A stretch of 64,000 nucleotides of DNA from the human T2T-CHM13v2.0 reference genome, Homo sapiens, in NCBI RefSeq assembly GCF_009914755.1, contig NC_060933.1. One strand, written 5' to 3'. Below the pieces are notes generated by a model. The model had not been told where the DNA came from. It did no database searches and saw nothing but the letters and a program-made list of their open reading frames with translations. Both the position numbers and the translations under genes were made by a program. This document shows positions 30,546 to 42,580 of this stretch, one piece after another (position 1 is the stretch's first letter; every line of letters begins with the position of its first letter).

Positions 30546-31935
30546 TTCTAGACCATTACATTTTATATTCTTTTAGGTATATCTCTTTTTGAGATTCTAA
30601 GTACATACAGTAATTTCTTATATGAAATTCATACATTTTCATTAGTCAACTAAAAATATTCCCGTTTTTCATTCAAGAGTCTATGCTTACAAAATCTAAA
30701 AACCATACCACAACAAATGCCAAATGAGTATCAGAAATGTTTACAAGTTCATTGTAACTCTGTCCTTCACAAGGAGTGCTTCTCTTTGTTTCATACTCAT
30801 TAATTTGAGTATTCTAAGATGTTATTCCCTAAACTCCACAGTAGTCCAAAACCTATTCTATACTTTGATAAATGTTTGCAAGGCAAAGGACTAAAAGGAA
30901 AAAGAGGGTATTGAATTTTCATTGCCACAGGAGAATAATCAAAGATAATTCCAATAAGAGTAAATTTTTTATTTAACTATGGCAATAGCTAACAAGATTT
31001 CTCAAAAGGAAAAATAATCGCTTTTATATAACAAGTCAAAATTTAAGTGTATTCTGCCTAAAAGCTGACAGCTGGTAAATTTGAAGGTCTCAGGATAAGG
31101 AAAATAATAATAATAATAATAATAAACACAACAAAACACCTGAAACACAATAGGTTAGCCTTAACTCAAAGTCATTTTTACCTGATGGACAACAGGGTAT
31201 CAATGCATGTGCTCACTGAACCAATATTTTGAAAGAACCATTTCATAGGGGCAGGCAATAAGCATTTCCCCAAAAACTATTCTTCTATCTTAAATCCCTA
31301 GTATAATTGAGGCTTCTACAATAAGTGAATTCATGAAGGCTGTGTACTCTTTAAAGACCGGAAGATAGTACTTGGTATATTGTCAAGTGTTGGGACTGGG
31401 AGTCCTTCATACAAATCATGGGGATTCTGTTTACTTCTCCCCATGCAGATTCGGTTTCCTGACAGACACTCCTGACCAATACTGATTCATTAAATAGGAG
31501 TAACAAACCTTTCTTTGGGAGAGTAGTCACTTTTCCATTTTCTAGTAACTAAGTAAGAACTGCTGAGAGCTTGTGAAGATGAGGGACATATTGGAGTGAT
31601 ACCAAGGAATGAGAGTTGAGAAGTAGCTGATAGTGATCAGCCCTTAGAAACTTAAAGTATACAAAAAAAAAATAAATAGGATCATGTTGGATTTCTCCCA
31701 GTGTAGGTAATTCCTAGTCCAGGAGCTCTTTTCAGAAGCCCAATGATGTTACTGTTGATAGGATGAGGTTGGATTTTTATTTGTGTGATGCATATTTTAA
31801 GACATGGAAGACAGCATTTAAAAAAACAAAAAAAGGAATGATTTGGAAGACAGGAGGAGTCTGCTCTGCTATAGAGTGATTTTCAGCCAACCTCTTCCCT
31901 GAACCTGAATACAAATACTCAAAGAGTGGAATTAG

Positions 31936-32259
<324 letters not shown>

Positions 32260-33849
32260 TCTACATTCTTTAAAACTCACATTTCCTAAATAGAGATTTG
32301 TGAACCTTCAAAAGATTGTAAGACTGTTCCACATAGATCCTGCCAGAAAAAGGCTAACTTGTCTGTTTCCATTATTATCTTTAATCAAAAACAAAATGTT
32401 CTTTAGCATTTGGTTTTCCACTTTGGACAAAACATGCCAAGTGCATCTCCGGTGAGTACATGTAGGAAATACTGGTTATTGAATGAACTTGTTCATTTCT
32501 TCCTTTCATATTCACCAAAATGTTCCTGGAAATAATGAGATTTTTTCAACATTATACTGATTTTAGTTTTTTTATGTTAGTCACATATTTTAACATTTAA
32601 TTTAAATTTTAAGATTATCTTCAAAATGAATACTACAGATAGGCAGAAAACATAAGAAAACCTTATGAAATTTTTATAAGTTTGTGCAAATCATAATATG
32701 GTAATTCTGCAAATTCCCAAGATAGCAGCATTCTAAGGTATCTATAGCATAGAAATTGATATTAAACATTCATATTTTAAAATATGTATTTAATAAGAAT
32801 AAAATCTGTTCTTGCTTTTCATATATCGTTACAAAGTTTATACACATTCTAAATGTATTATACTTTAGAGAGGATTTTGTAAACATCATAAAGCAATCTC
32901 CCTTATCTCACCATTTATAAGCAAAACAGAACATATAAGTAAATAGTATGCTATTTCAGTGGAAATGGAAGAATAAAGTAGTTTTAATCTTTTTTGATGA
33001 TATGAAGTATATTAAAATTATATCTGTATTTTAATGTATTTTAGCTCCTAAATCAAATTTCATATGCCATCTTCAAATCTTTCCTTAAAAATTTATGCCC
33101 TTTCTTCTACAAGTCATTAAAAGTAAATTTTAAAATACTGTAATTAGAAAATGTTGACATCCTCTATGCTATAGATATTAACAAAATGCTATAGGTATTA
33201 CCTATGCTATAGGTATTAACAAAATGCTATTAAAATTAATGTTATAAACTTTACTGTTACACCAATAAAGATAATTTTACTTAAAATACTGTTTATTGTA
33301 TGATGTGAAAAAATAAGCAATTTTTTTTTCTACTTCCTAAGCAGGTGGTCAGTTTTTCTTGTGCTTAAAAGAGTTGGTAAGAATCGCTTGGTAGTATTTA
33401 TTTAAAAACAAAAACTCCATCAATGCATGCCCCTTCACTAGAGATTATAATTCAGCAGGATGCACTTCCAGAATTTTTATTATTCACAAAAATACTATGA
33501 TAGCTAATCTGATTTACGAGGAATGCAGCCTGTAGATACAGGTCAGGTCAATGCTAATAATCCTCAACTATTTGACCTGTATCATAACAATTATAATCAC
33601 TAATACACTGGAAAGATTATGGTGTGTTCATGACAATGTGCCTAAACCCAAAAGAAGAAAGCACTATCTAAATAAAATACAGGGTTTTATTTTATGTTTG
33701 ACTTCTAGACTTAATGCAATGCTGGATCATAATAGGTTATAACTGATGAATGAATAAAATACCTAGGATCTATATAATTTATCTAGCATAGTTGCAGGGT
33801 ACAAAATTCCATAGTAAAAATGGTAGTTAAATACTATAGAGTAATTATT

Positions 33850-34540
33850 TAAACATTTGTTCATTCACTTATCAAATAGTGGTTGAGCATCTAACTGGCA
33901 CTGAGGAGATAGCAGCAATATGACAACTATTGCTCCTGGAGTCTCATCCGTGTAACTGCAAGCAAGCACTGCTTACACTTTAATTATTTAACAAAAATTA
34001 TGAAAAGTGCTAAACAGTAGAATTAAAAAGTGCTAAACAAAAGGCATATAACTAGGCAATTATCTAATCTTGGGAAGATTCAAGTAGTGAAATCTCAGCT
34101 AAGTCCTAAAGGATGAGGGATACACACACACACACACATATGCGCACACACACACACACATACACACACATCAATGAGGGGTATCAAGAAGTAGAGAAGT
34201 AGACAAACTTTCAGCAGAGGCAACAGTATGTGGAAGTCCCTGAGACGTGAAAAACTGGAGAACGTACTAGAAGGCTATTGTGGATGGAGTGTGTAATATA
34301 GGGGAAGAGTGGCATTAGCTGAAACAGTGAAATAGGCCCAGCTAGGTCATGTAAGAACTTATAATTCATGATACTGCTGATATTGTACTTTATATTTGGG
34401 GAAATAAGAAGCCTTTGATACTTTTTATGAGGATAATTCCATTATCAAATATATCTGCATTTTTGAAATGTCTATGGTTTCCGTGTTAAAGTAAGTGTAG
34501 TAGGACAAAAGCTAAAGAAAGACCAGTTAAGAAGCAACTG
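33850..34540 (-). mobile_element. L2, continuing at ~36593-36690 after the L1MA2 insertion
   Basis: cattcacttatcaaata..gttgagcatcta; gaccagttaagaagcaactg joins ctgtaatgcaaacagag...ggtggtagcagt. Confidence 0.7.
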
Positions 34541-36567
34541 AAAGAAAAAAAATCCTAAAATTTATATGGAACCACAAAAGACCCAGAATAGCCAAAGCTA
34601 TCCTGAGCAAAAAGAACGAAACTGGATGCATCACATTACCTGACTTCCAATTATACTTCAGAGCTATAGTAACCAAAACAGTATAGCACTGGCATAAAAA
34701 CAGATGCATAGACCAGCGGAACAGAATAGAGAACCCAGAAACAAATCCATATGTCTGCAGTGAATTCACTTTAGACAAAGATTCCAATTACATACACTGG
34801 GGAAAAGACAGTTTCTTCAATCGATAGTGCTGGGAAAACTAAATATCCTTATGCAGAAAAATGAAATTAGACCCCTATATCTCTCACCACCTACAGGGTG
34901 AAATCAAAATTGATTAAAGACTTAAAGCTAAGACTTCAAACTATGAAACTACAACAAGAAAACATTGGGGAAACTATCCAGGATGCTGGACTGGGCAAAG
35001 ACTTCTTGAGCGACATCCCACAGACACAGGCAACTAAAGCAAATTTGGACAAATGGGATCACATCAAGATAAAAAGCTTCTGCAATGCCAAAGAAACAAT
35101 CAATGTAGTGAAGATACAACCCATAGAATGGGAGAAAATATCTGTATACTACCCATCTGACAAGGGATTAATAACCAAAATATATGAGGAGAGCAAAGAA
35201 CTCTATATGAAAAAAAATTAATAATCCAATTTTAAAATGAACAAAAGGTCTGAATAGATGTATCTCGAAAGAAGACATACTAGCAGCAAACAGGTATATG
35301 AAAAGATGCTCAACATCATTGATCATCAGAGAATGCAAATCAAACTAAAATGAGATATCATTTCACCCAGTTAATATGGTTTATATCCAAAAGACAGGCA
35401 ATAACAAATGCTGGCAAGGAGGTGGAGAAAAGGCAACATCATAAATTGTGGGTGGAAATGTAAATTATTACAACCACTATGGGGAACATTTTGGAGGTTA
35501 CTCCGAAAACTAACAATAGGGTTACCATACAATCCATCAACCCCACTGCTAGGTATATACGCCAAAGAAAGGAAATTACTATATTGAAGAGAAATCTGCA
35601 CTCCCATATTCATTGCAGCACTATTCACAACAGCCAAGATTTGGAAGCAACCTAGGTGTCCATCAGCAGAAGACTCGATAAAGAAAATGTGGTACATAGA
35701 CACAAATACTATTCAGCCATAAAAAAGAGTGAGATCCTGTCATTTGCAACAATATGGATGGAACTGGAGATTATTATGCTAAGTAAAATAAGTCAGGCAC
35801 ATAAAGACAGACATCACATATTCTCACTTATCTGTGGGAGGTAAAAATAAAACAGTTGAACTCGTGGATATAGAGAATAGAAGGATGGTTACCCAAGGCT
35901 GAGAAGAGTGATCTGTGTGAGAGGACACTACACGGGGGAGGGGAAGCCATTTTAACTGGGTAGGGGGATGGTTAATAGCTACAAAAAGGTCAGGAGTGGT
36001 GGCTGATGCCTGTAATCCCAGAACTTTCAGAGGCCGAGGCAGGCAGATCACCTGAGGTCAGTTCAAGACCAGCCTGGCCAACATGGTGAAACCACATCTC
36101 TACTAAAGATACAAAAATTAGCCAGGGGTGGTGACACACTCCTGTAATCCCAGCTACTCAGGAGGCTGAGGCAAGAGAATCACTTGAACCCAGGAGGCAG
36201 AAGTTACAATGAACCAAGATTGTGACACTGCCCTACAGCCTGGGCAACAGAGCAAGACTCTTATCTCAAAAAAAAAAAGCTACAAAAAATAGTTAAAAAG
36301 AATAAATGAGATCTAGTATTTGCTAATACAACAGGGTGACCATGGTATAAAAATAATTTAATTGTTCATTTTAAAAATAACTGAAAGAGTATATTTTGAT
36401 TGTTTAAAACACAAAGGATACATGCTTGAGGAGACAGACACTCTTTTAACCCTAATGTGATTATTATGTATTGCGTGCCTGTATCAAAATATCTCATGTA
36501 ACCCATAAATCTAACTATCTATCTAGGTAGCTAGCTATAACATGTGCTCACAAAAATTAAAAATTAA
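34541..36567 (+). mobile_element. L1MA (L1MA2-like), 5'-truncated
   Basis: ORF2 C-terminal remnants (ORF 34898-35221) and L1MA2-type 3'UTR (gatctagtatttg...caaaaattaaaaatta). Confidence 0.92.
35988..36278 (+). mobile_element. AluSx nested in L1MA2 3'UTR
   Basis: TSD agctacaaaaa at 35977-35987 and 36278-36288. Confidence 0.96.
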
Positions 36568-37160
36568 GACAGAAGAAACTGCGGAGAAAAAAAGGAAGTA
36601 ACTGCTGTAATGCAAACAGAGGGCAAAGGTGTCATGTACTAAGGTGGTAGCAGTAGGAATGGAGAAGTGAAAATGACAAGGCTCAGATTCATAAATAGGA
36701 TTATTTCCCCAGAGTTTTTACCATTCTTCCTAATAGAGTATGCTTATATTATTTATTTCTTGTAACACTCTCTTTATGCCTAAAAGATGTCATAACTTTA
36801 GCAAGGTCATTTAATTTATTAGGGGTTAGAAAAACGTACTTTATAGGATAAGAGTGTTGACACTTGGAAAGGAGTAATACAACATTTATACCACCGTTAG
36901 TGGAATTAATCAAAGGAACTCCTAGGTCTGACAGTAAAAAGTAGGGGAGAAACTACAACCTATATTACCTAAAGTTAATAAAGATAGGTTGGGGACTTAA
37001 GAAACTATTCAGTGTAGGGTAAATCTATGGAAAGAGATTCATAACAGGAATCATAGACATACAAATTTAATTCCCACATTCAGAGAATTATTCAACAAAA
37101 TTGTCAATAGATTAGTGTGAATCCACCTTGTGGGAATGGGATAGAAGGTAGGCCTGTAGG

Positions 37161-37554
37161 CCTTTTTGTAGCTATTAACCATCCCCCTACCCAGTTAAAA
37201 TGGCTTCCCCTCCCCCGTGTAGTGTCTTCTCACACAGATCACTCTTCTCAGCCTTGGGTAACCATCCTTCTATTCTCTATATCCACGAGTTCAACTGTTT
37301 TATTTTTACCTCCCACAGATAAGTGAGAATATGTGATGTCTGTCTTTATGTGCCTGACTTATTTTACTTAGCATAATAATCTCCAGTTCCATCCATATTG
37401 TTGCAAATGACAGGATCTCACTCTTTTTTATGGCTGAATAGTATTTGTGTCTATGTGCCACATTTTCTTTATCCAGTCTTCTGTTGATGGACACCTAGGT
37501 TGCTTCCAAATCTTGGCTGTTGTGAATAGTGCTGCAATGAATGTGGGAGTGCAG
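37161..37554 (-). repeat. 394-bp inverted copy of 35596-35989 (L1MA2-derived)
   Basis: Base-by-base comparison: 5 mismatches, no indels. Confidence 0.98.
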
Positions 37555-37757
37555 CCTGGCCCTTTGAGACAAAATGGTATATGTGAAGACCAGTAACTTC
37601 CTGGATATATTAAAAGCTGATTCCTTGTATCAAAAATATTTTTTGGTTAAACCAGCTTCCATAGTGCTTTATAAAAGTATTTAAGTCATAGTTGACTTTT
37701 CAGAGATAAAACTATCACACGGACTTGGCTTTTCTTAAGTCTGTTAACATCTGCATC

Positions 37758-38053
37758 TTTTTTTTTTTTTTCGAGACCCAGTCTCGCTCTGTCGCCCAGG
37801 TTGGAGAGCAGTGGCGCAATTTTGGCTCACTACAAGCTCCGCCTCCGGGGTTCACGCCATTCTCCTGCCTCAGCCTCCCGAGTAGCTGGGACTACAGGTG
37901 CCCGTCACCATGCCCGGCTAATTTTTTGTATTTTTAGTAGAGATGGGGTTTCACCGTAGTAGCCAGTATGGTCTCGATCTCCTGATCTTGTGATCCGCCT
38001 GCCTCGGCCTCCCAAAGAGCTGGGATTACAGGCGTGAGCCACCACACCTGGCC
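37758..38053 (-). mobile_element. AluY
   Basis: caagctccgcctcc..ggttcacgccattctc diagnostics; TSD catctgca at 37748-37755 and 38054-38061. Confidence 0.96.
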
Positions 38054-39519
38054 CATCTGCAGCTTTTTAAAAAAATAAAATCTGTTTGCATAATTTTAGC
38101 TCTCTCTAGAAACAGAATAATGGGAGCTGGCGTATAAAAGAGAAGATAGTACTAAATGTATTTTTTCACTTGTCAAGAATTTGTATTCCTTCAAAAACAA
38201 AGAACACATGGTGATTATAAGAATAATGAGGTTTGAGTTTCATTTAATTGAAAGTTCCTCAAAGTGTAGGATTTGTGTTTTTATCTTAACCTGAAGGAAG
38301 GCATTTTGTGCATGTGTGTGTTCCAGGAGACCATGCTAGGGTCTGAAGAGAATAGTGACTGCAACATCACTTTATAGTATTTGGTATTGTGTGCTATTTT
38401 TACATAGTAAAATAAATCGTAGTGTTTTTCTCAGTGTATATTAAAATATATCAAATATTAAACATTACATCTAGAGATACACTTAGGCATTTACATGTTA
38501 CATTAAAATTCTAAATCTAACACAGGATGCTTAGAAAGCATTCTCTCTACTTCCACAATCTCCATTGAAAGGAAGAAAATGCCAACTCAAAAACCAACAT
38601 GTATTATATCTATACATCTCTTTGATTTAATAACTTGTCAAACAAGCTGAAGATGGAAATGATAATAAGCTAAAACAATATATAACCAAATCTTCAACAG
38701 TACTTGAAGAAACAAAACAACAGTAAGGGAAACAGAAATGAATTTCTATATAGAAAACTACATCACTATAACTTCAACTTTTTATAACTACTAATATAAT
38801 TCTATTCACAGCACCACCACCAGCCCAAAAGAGATTCTAAAGATCACCTCAAGCAAGAGTTATGTTTCTTTTTTAAAGCATCACAGAATTAGCTTATAAC
38901 TAACCTTTCACCATTATCTGAACTTGTATCAAGTTACAAAGAACTTCTACAGCAGCTAGAAAACTTTATAAAGAATGCACTTGTTAGTCTACAGTGACAT
39001 CAATGGACTTTAAGACTGATTTTTGAAGAAATGATGAAACACTATTTATTTTTAGTATTCCCTGATCAAAATTTCTTCATTTTAATAGTTTTATTGGTGA
39101 GTGATCATTTATTTTATCCAATGCTAACCTATAGCAACATAATAATTTATGCTCTACATTTATCTTTCATAATTTTACATTTAAGATTTGCTAATAAGTT
39201 TATAATATTTCTTTTTTAAAATGTATATTTTTAAATATATTTCTTTATTTTAGGTATTTAAATACTTTTTGATGAAATTATAGAATCAATATGTGGAATA
39301 AACACCAAATATCAATACTTTCTTTCTTCCCAGTATTAAAAGTAAGTGGTTGAGATGTAGGTTCTTGTCCTAAAGGAGCTTGCCATTCCTAGTCAATACC
39401 AATATCCAGAAATTGGGGAAGTTTATGACACACAGTCAGACCCACATTTCATGGTCAATTTTTAAATCAACAAATGGCCATAATGAAGACAATACCACAT
39501 TAACACCAAATTATAGTAG

Positions 39520-39735
39520 AGGCAGAGGGAAGAAAATTATGGAACAAGAATTGGATTTAAATCCCAACTTCAACTTTTAATAGCTGCGCCTCATGAATAA
39601 GTCACGTAACCTTTCTGGGCTTCTTTTCTCTAAATTTGGACAAGAGCAGCTAACCACTCAGTTATCAGGATTAAATTAGCTTGTGCATATAAGGTGCTTA
39701 ATATAGTACCCAACACATAGTCAGTGCTCAATAAC
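39520..39735 (+). mobile_element. MIR
   Basis: aagtcacgtaacctttctgggcttc; acacatagtcagtgctcaataa. Confidence 0.7.
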
Positions 39736-39852
39736 ATTGGGCACAAAATTTCCATTGCAACACGAAATAAGAAAAATAAAGAAAGGGCTAGTTGAATTAC
39801 TTAAATTGTGACACCTGAAATAACATACACTGGGTGAATTACAGTAAAGATC

Positions 39853-40243
39853 TGATATGGTTTGGCTCTGCATCCCCACCCAAATCTCATGTTGAATTGT
39901 AATAGCCAGTGTTGGGGAAGGGACCTGTTGGGAGGTGATTGGATCATGGTGTGCATTTTCCCCTTGCAGTTCTCATAATAGTGAGTTCTCAGAAGATCTC
40001 CTTGTTTAAAAGTGTGTAGCACTTCCCCTTTCACTCTCTCTCCTGCTCTGCCATGGTAAGACAGAGCAGGAGAGAGAGGGCTTGCTTCTCCTTTACCTTC
40101 CACCACAACTGTAAGTTTCCTGAGGCCTCCCAGCCATGCTTCCTGTACAGCCTGCAGAACTGTGAGTCAATCAAACCTCTTTTCTTTATAAATTACCCAG
40201 TCTCGGGTAGTTCTTTATAGCAGCATGAGAATGGACTAACACA
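39853..40243 (+). mobile_element. THE1D-like MaLR solo LTR
   Basis: tgatatggtttggctctg start; aattacccagtctc...ggactaacaca end. Confidence 0.9.
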
Positions 40244-41169
40244 ATATGTGAAATATAAACAGAGAATAATAGTTTATTGCTTGGGGAGACGAAATACCAA
40301 AGAAGTCTCCTGGGGTCAAAATTCATAGCAAACTTTTAAAATCACTTATCTTGCAGTTACGTTCTTTATTTGGAAACTTATTCAACCTATTTTCTTCTGT
40401 TATAATATTGTAGATTAGTACTCTACATCTTAAAAACTTCTATCATATGAAATCTATAATCATTTGCAGACCTGTTTTCCAATGCAAATAATCTTATGAA
40501 GGTCAAATTTCTACACGAATATATTGAAAGCAATTTTCCCTAAAAGATAATCTAAACTTTATGTAAGAAATAACAAGAGGATTATAAAATGTTGTCTCAA
40601 AAGGGATCTTCTAGGTTTACAGCCTCATTCTGCATATGGACAAATGGGACTCTGGAACGCAATGGGTTCTCTTTAGTCATAGTGTAAGGTAACAACAGAG
40701 CTATGAACATAAACCAGATCTTTTGTACCCTAAACCCAAACACCTTGTATTTTTTGGTAAACTAAACAAATGCAGCTAAGCAGGGACCTAATTCATCAAA
40801 TCTTCATTATTTTATTTCACAAATATTTGAACACCAAGAGTAAATGGACTAAGTAAGAGGAGATGCTGTATTACAAAATAAAAATAAAACAAATGGTAAA
40901 TAACATGTTTAAGAAATCTTTATCCACATTATCAATCCATGAGACATAATTTAAATTGTCACGTCAGTTTAAGCCAGTCAAGATGCAACCAAGCACAGCA
41001 ACTCATTGGCATTATAGAAATGCTTACAGAAGGTTTCTGAATGTATGCTCATGTCATAAAGGAAGATGAATTTTTCTACGTAACCTCAACTTTATCTATA
41101 TGCAATTAAAAATGTGGCTCATTGACAAATTCCTTAAAAATTCAGTCATCGAAAAGTAAAGTACCAAAA

Positions 41170-41798
41170 TCCGAGCAGTTTACTAAGACTCTAAAGATAG
41201 ACCGTGTCCTTTGTTACACAGACTTTGTCTAATTTCCTTCCCTTGAGTATGGGAAGGACCTGTGATGATGATGGGGTATCACTCCCATGATTAAGTTACC
41301 AATCAACTGATTTTGAGCTAAATATAGAGAGGTGATCTCTTTTGTGGTAGGCCTGACCTAACGAATTCATGCCTTTAATATAAGGTGAAATATTAGAAAG
41401 ACTTTCTCCTACTATCCTGGAAGAAGGGAAAGAGTCATGAACTACCTATGGAGGATGCCATGTGGCTGGTCCACAGGGGCAACATCTAGGATCTAAGAGT
41501 GGTCCTCCCTGTCACCTCGGGGAGACAGCACAATAACAGAGATTTCAGTCCTACATCCATAGTGAAATAAATTATGCCAATAGTCTGAAAGAACTTAGAA
41601 GCAGCTCTTTCTCCTGTCAAACCATCACATGAGGACACATACAAACTGACAGCTTTTATTTGATCCTTACAAAGTCCTGAGCAGGAGACCTGCTAAAAAC
41701 ATGCCAGAACCATGGGAAATGTGAGGTATTAAATTTATGTTTCTTTTAGCATCTCATTTCTTTGGCAATTTGTTATGCAGCAATAGAAAACTAATACA
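41170..41798 (+). mobile_element. MLT1 (MLT1E-like) solo LTR
   Basis: cccttgagtatgggaaggacctgtga; tttgttatgcagcaatagaaaactaataca end. Confidence 0.82.
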
Positions 41799-42359
41799 GG
41801 AAGGGATCAAGTTTTTATACTTTGTATAATCTCAAGATTCAAAATACAATAGTATAGTAGGTATCTGGGTACCTAATATATTCTTGAGTGAATTATCTTA
41901 ATTGGAAATGGTATGCTTGACTCAGCACCGTGCTAGGAAATGGCCAGAAAATAATCGTGCTGTCACTTACATTTGGGGAGACTCTTTTGTTTTTAAACAT
42001 TTTCTCATTTAATACTCTGAGCTATACATGGCATGGATATCATCTCCATTTTTCAGATGAGAAAAATGGAATCTATGAGTTAAAGTTCCAGAAATCATGT
42101 TACTACCTCATTTTCTCCCATAGCATAAGGCACATGGGAACACACGGAATTCTCTTATAAATCGAAGGTGTTGTTATAAACCAAGAATGAGGGTTGTTAC
42201 TATGTTTATTTCATTCTACCCTTGATTTCCTGCAGAGACACTGTCAAGCACCTCTCAGATGTTAAACATGTATTTGCTAGCTGACTGAATACAGGCAACA
42301 TCAGCCAACCACAGAGTTTATTATACTTCTTATACTCTAAGCAAAATAACATTCATAAT

Positions 42360-42580
42360 AATTGTATTAATAACTATTAATTAAGCCCCTGTGATGTCAT
42401 ATATCCTTTATAGACTTTTATTTTAATTCTCACAGTAAACATGCAAGGAAGTTCAAATTCTTCATTGCAAATGAGGGAACTGAATTTTAGAAGGATTAAG
42501 TGATTTGATGAAGGTACATAGCTATTAAATGATGGATACACACACAAATTCAGATCTGTTGGCTCTAAGGCTTGAATTAT
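42360..42580 (-). mobile_element. MIR
   Basis: caaatgagggaactgaa..ttaagtgatttgatgaaggtacatagcta. Confidence 0.7.

Noticed and set aside
33165-33232. About three ~20-bp repeats (atgctatag.tatta)
   Set aside because: Simple slippage duplication with no unique spacers; not CRISPR-like.
35656-37494. Near-identical ORF pairs on opposite strands suggesting paralogous genes
   Set aside because: By-product of the inverted L1MA2 duplication.
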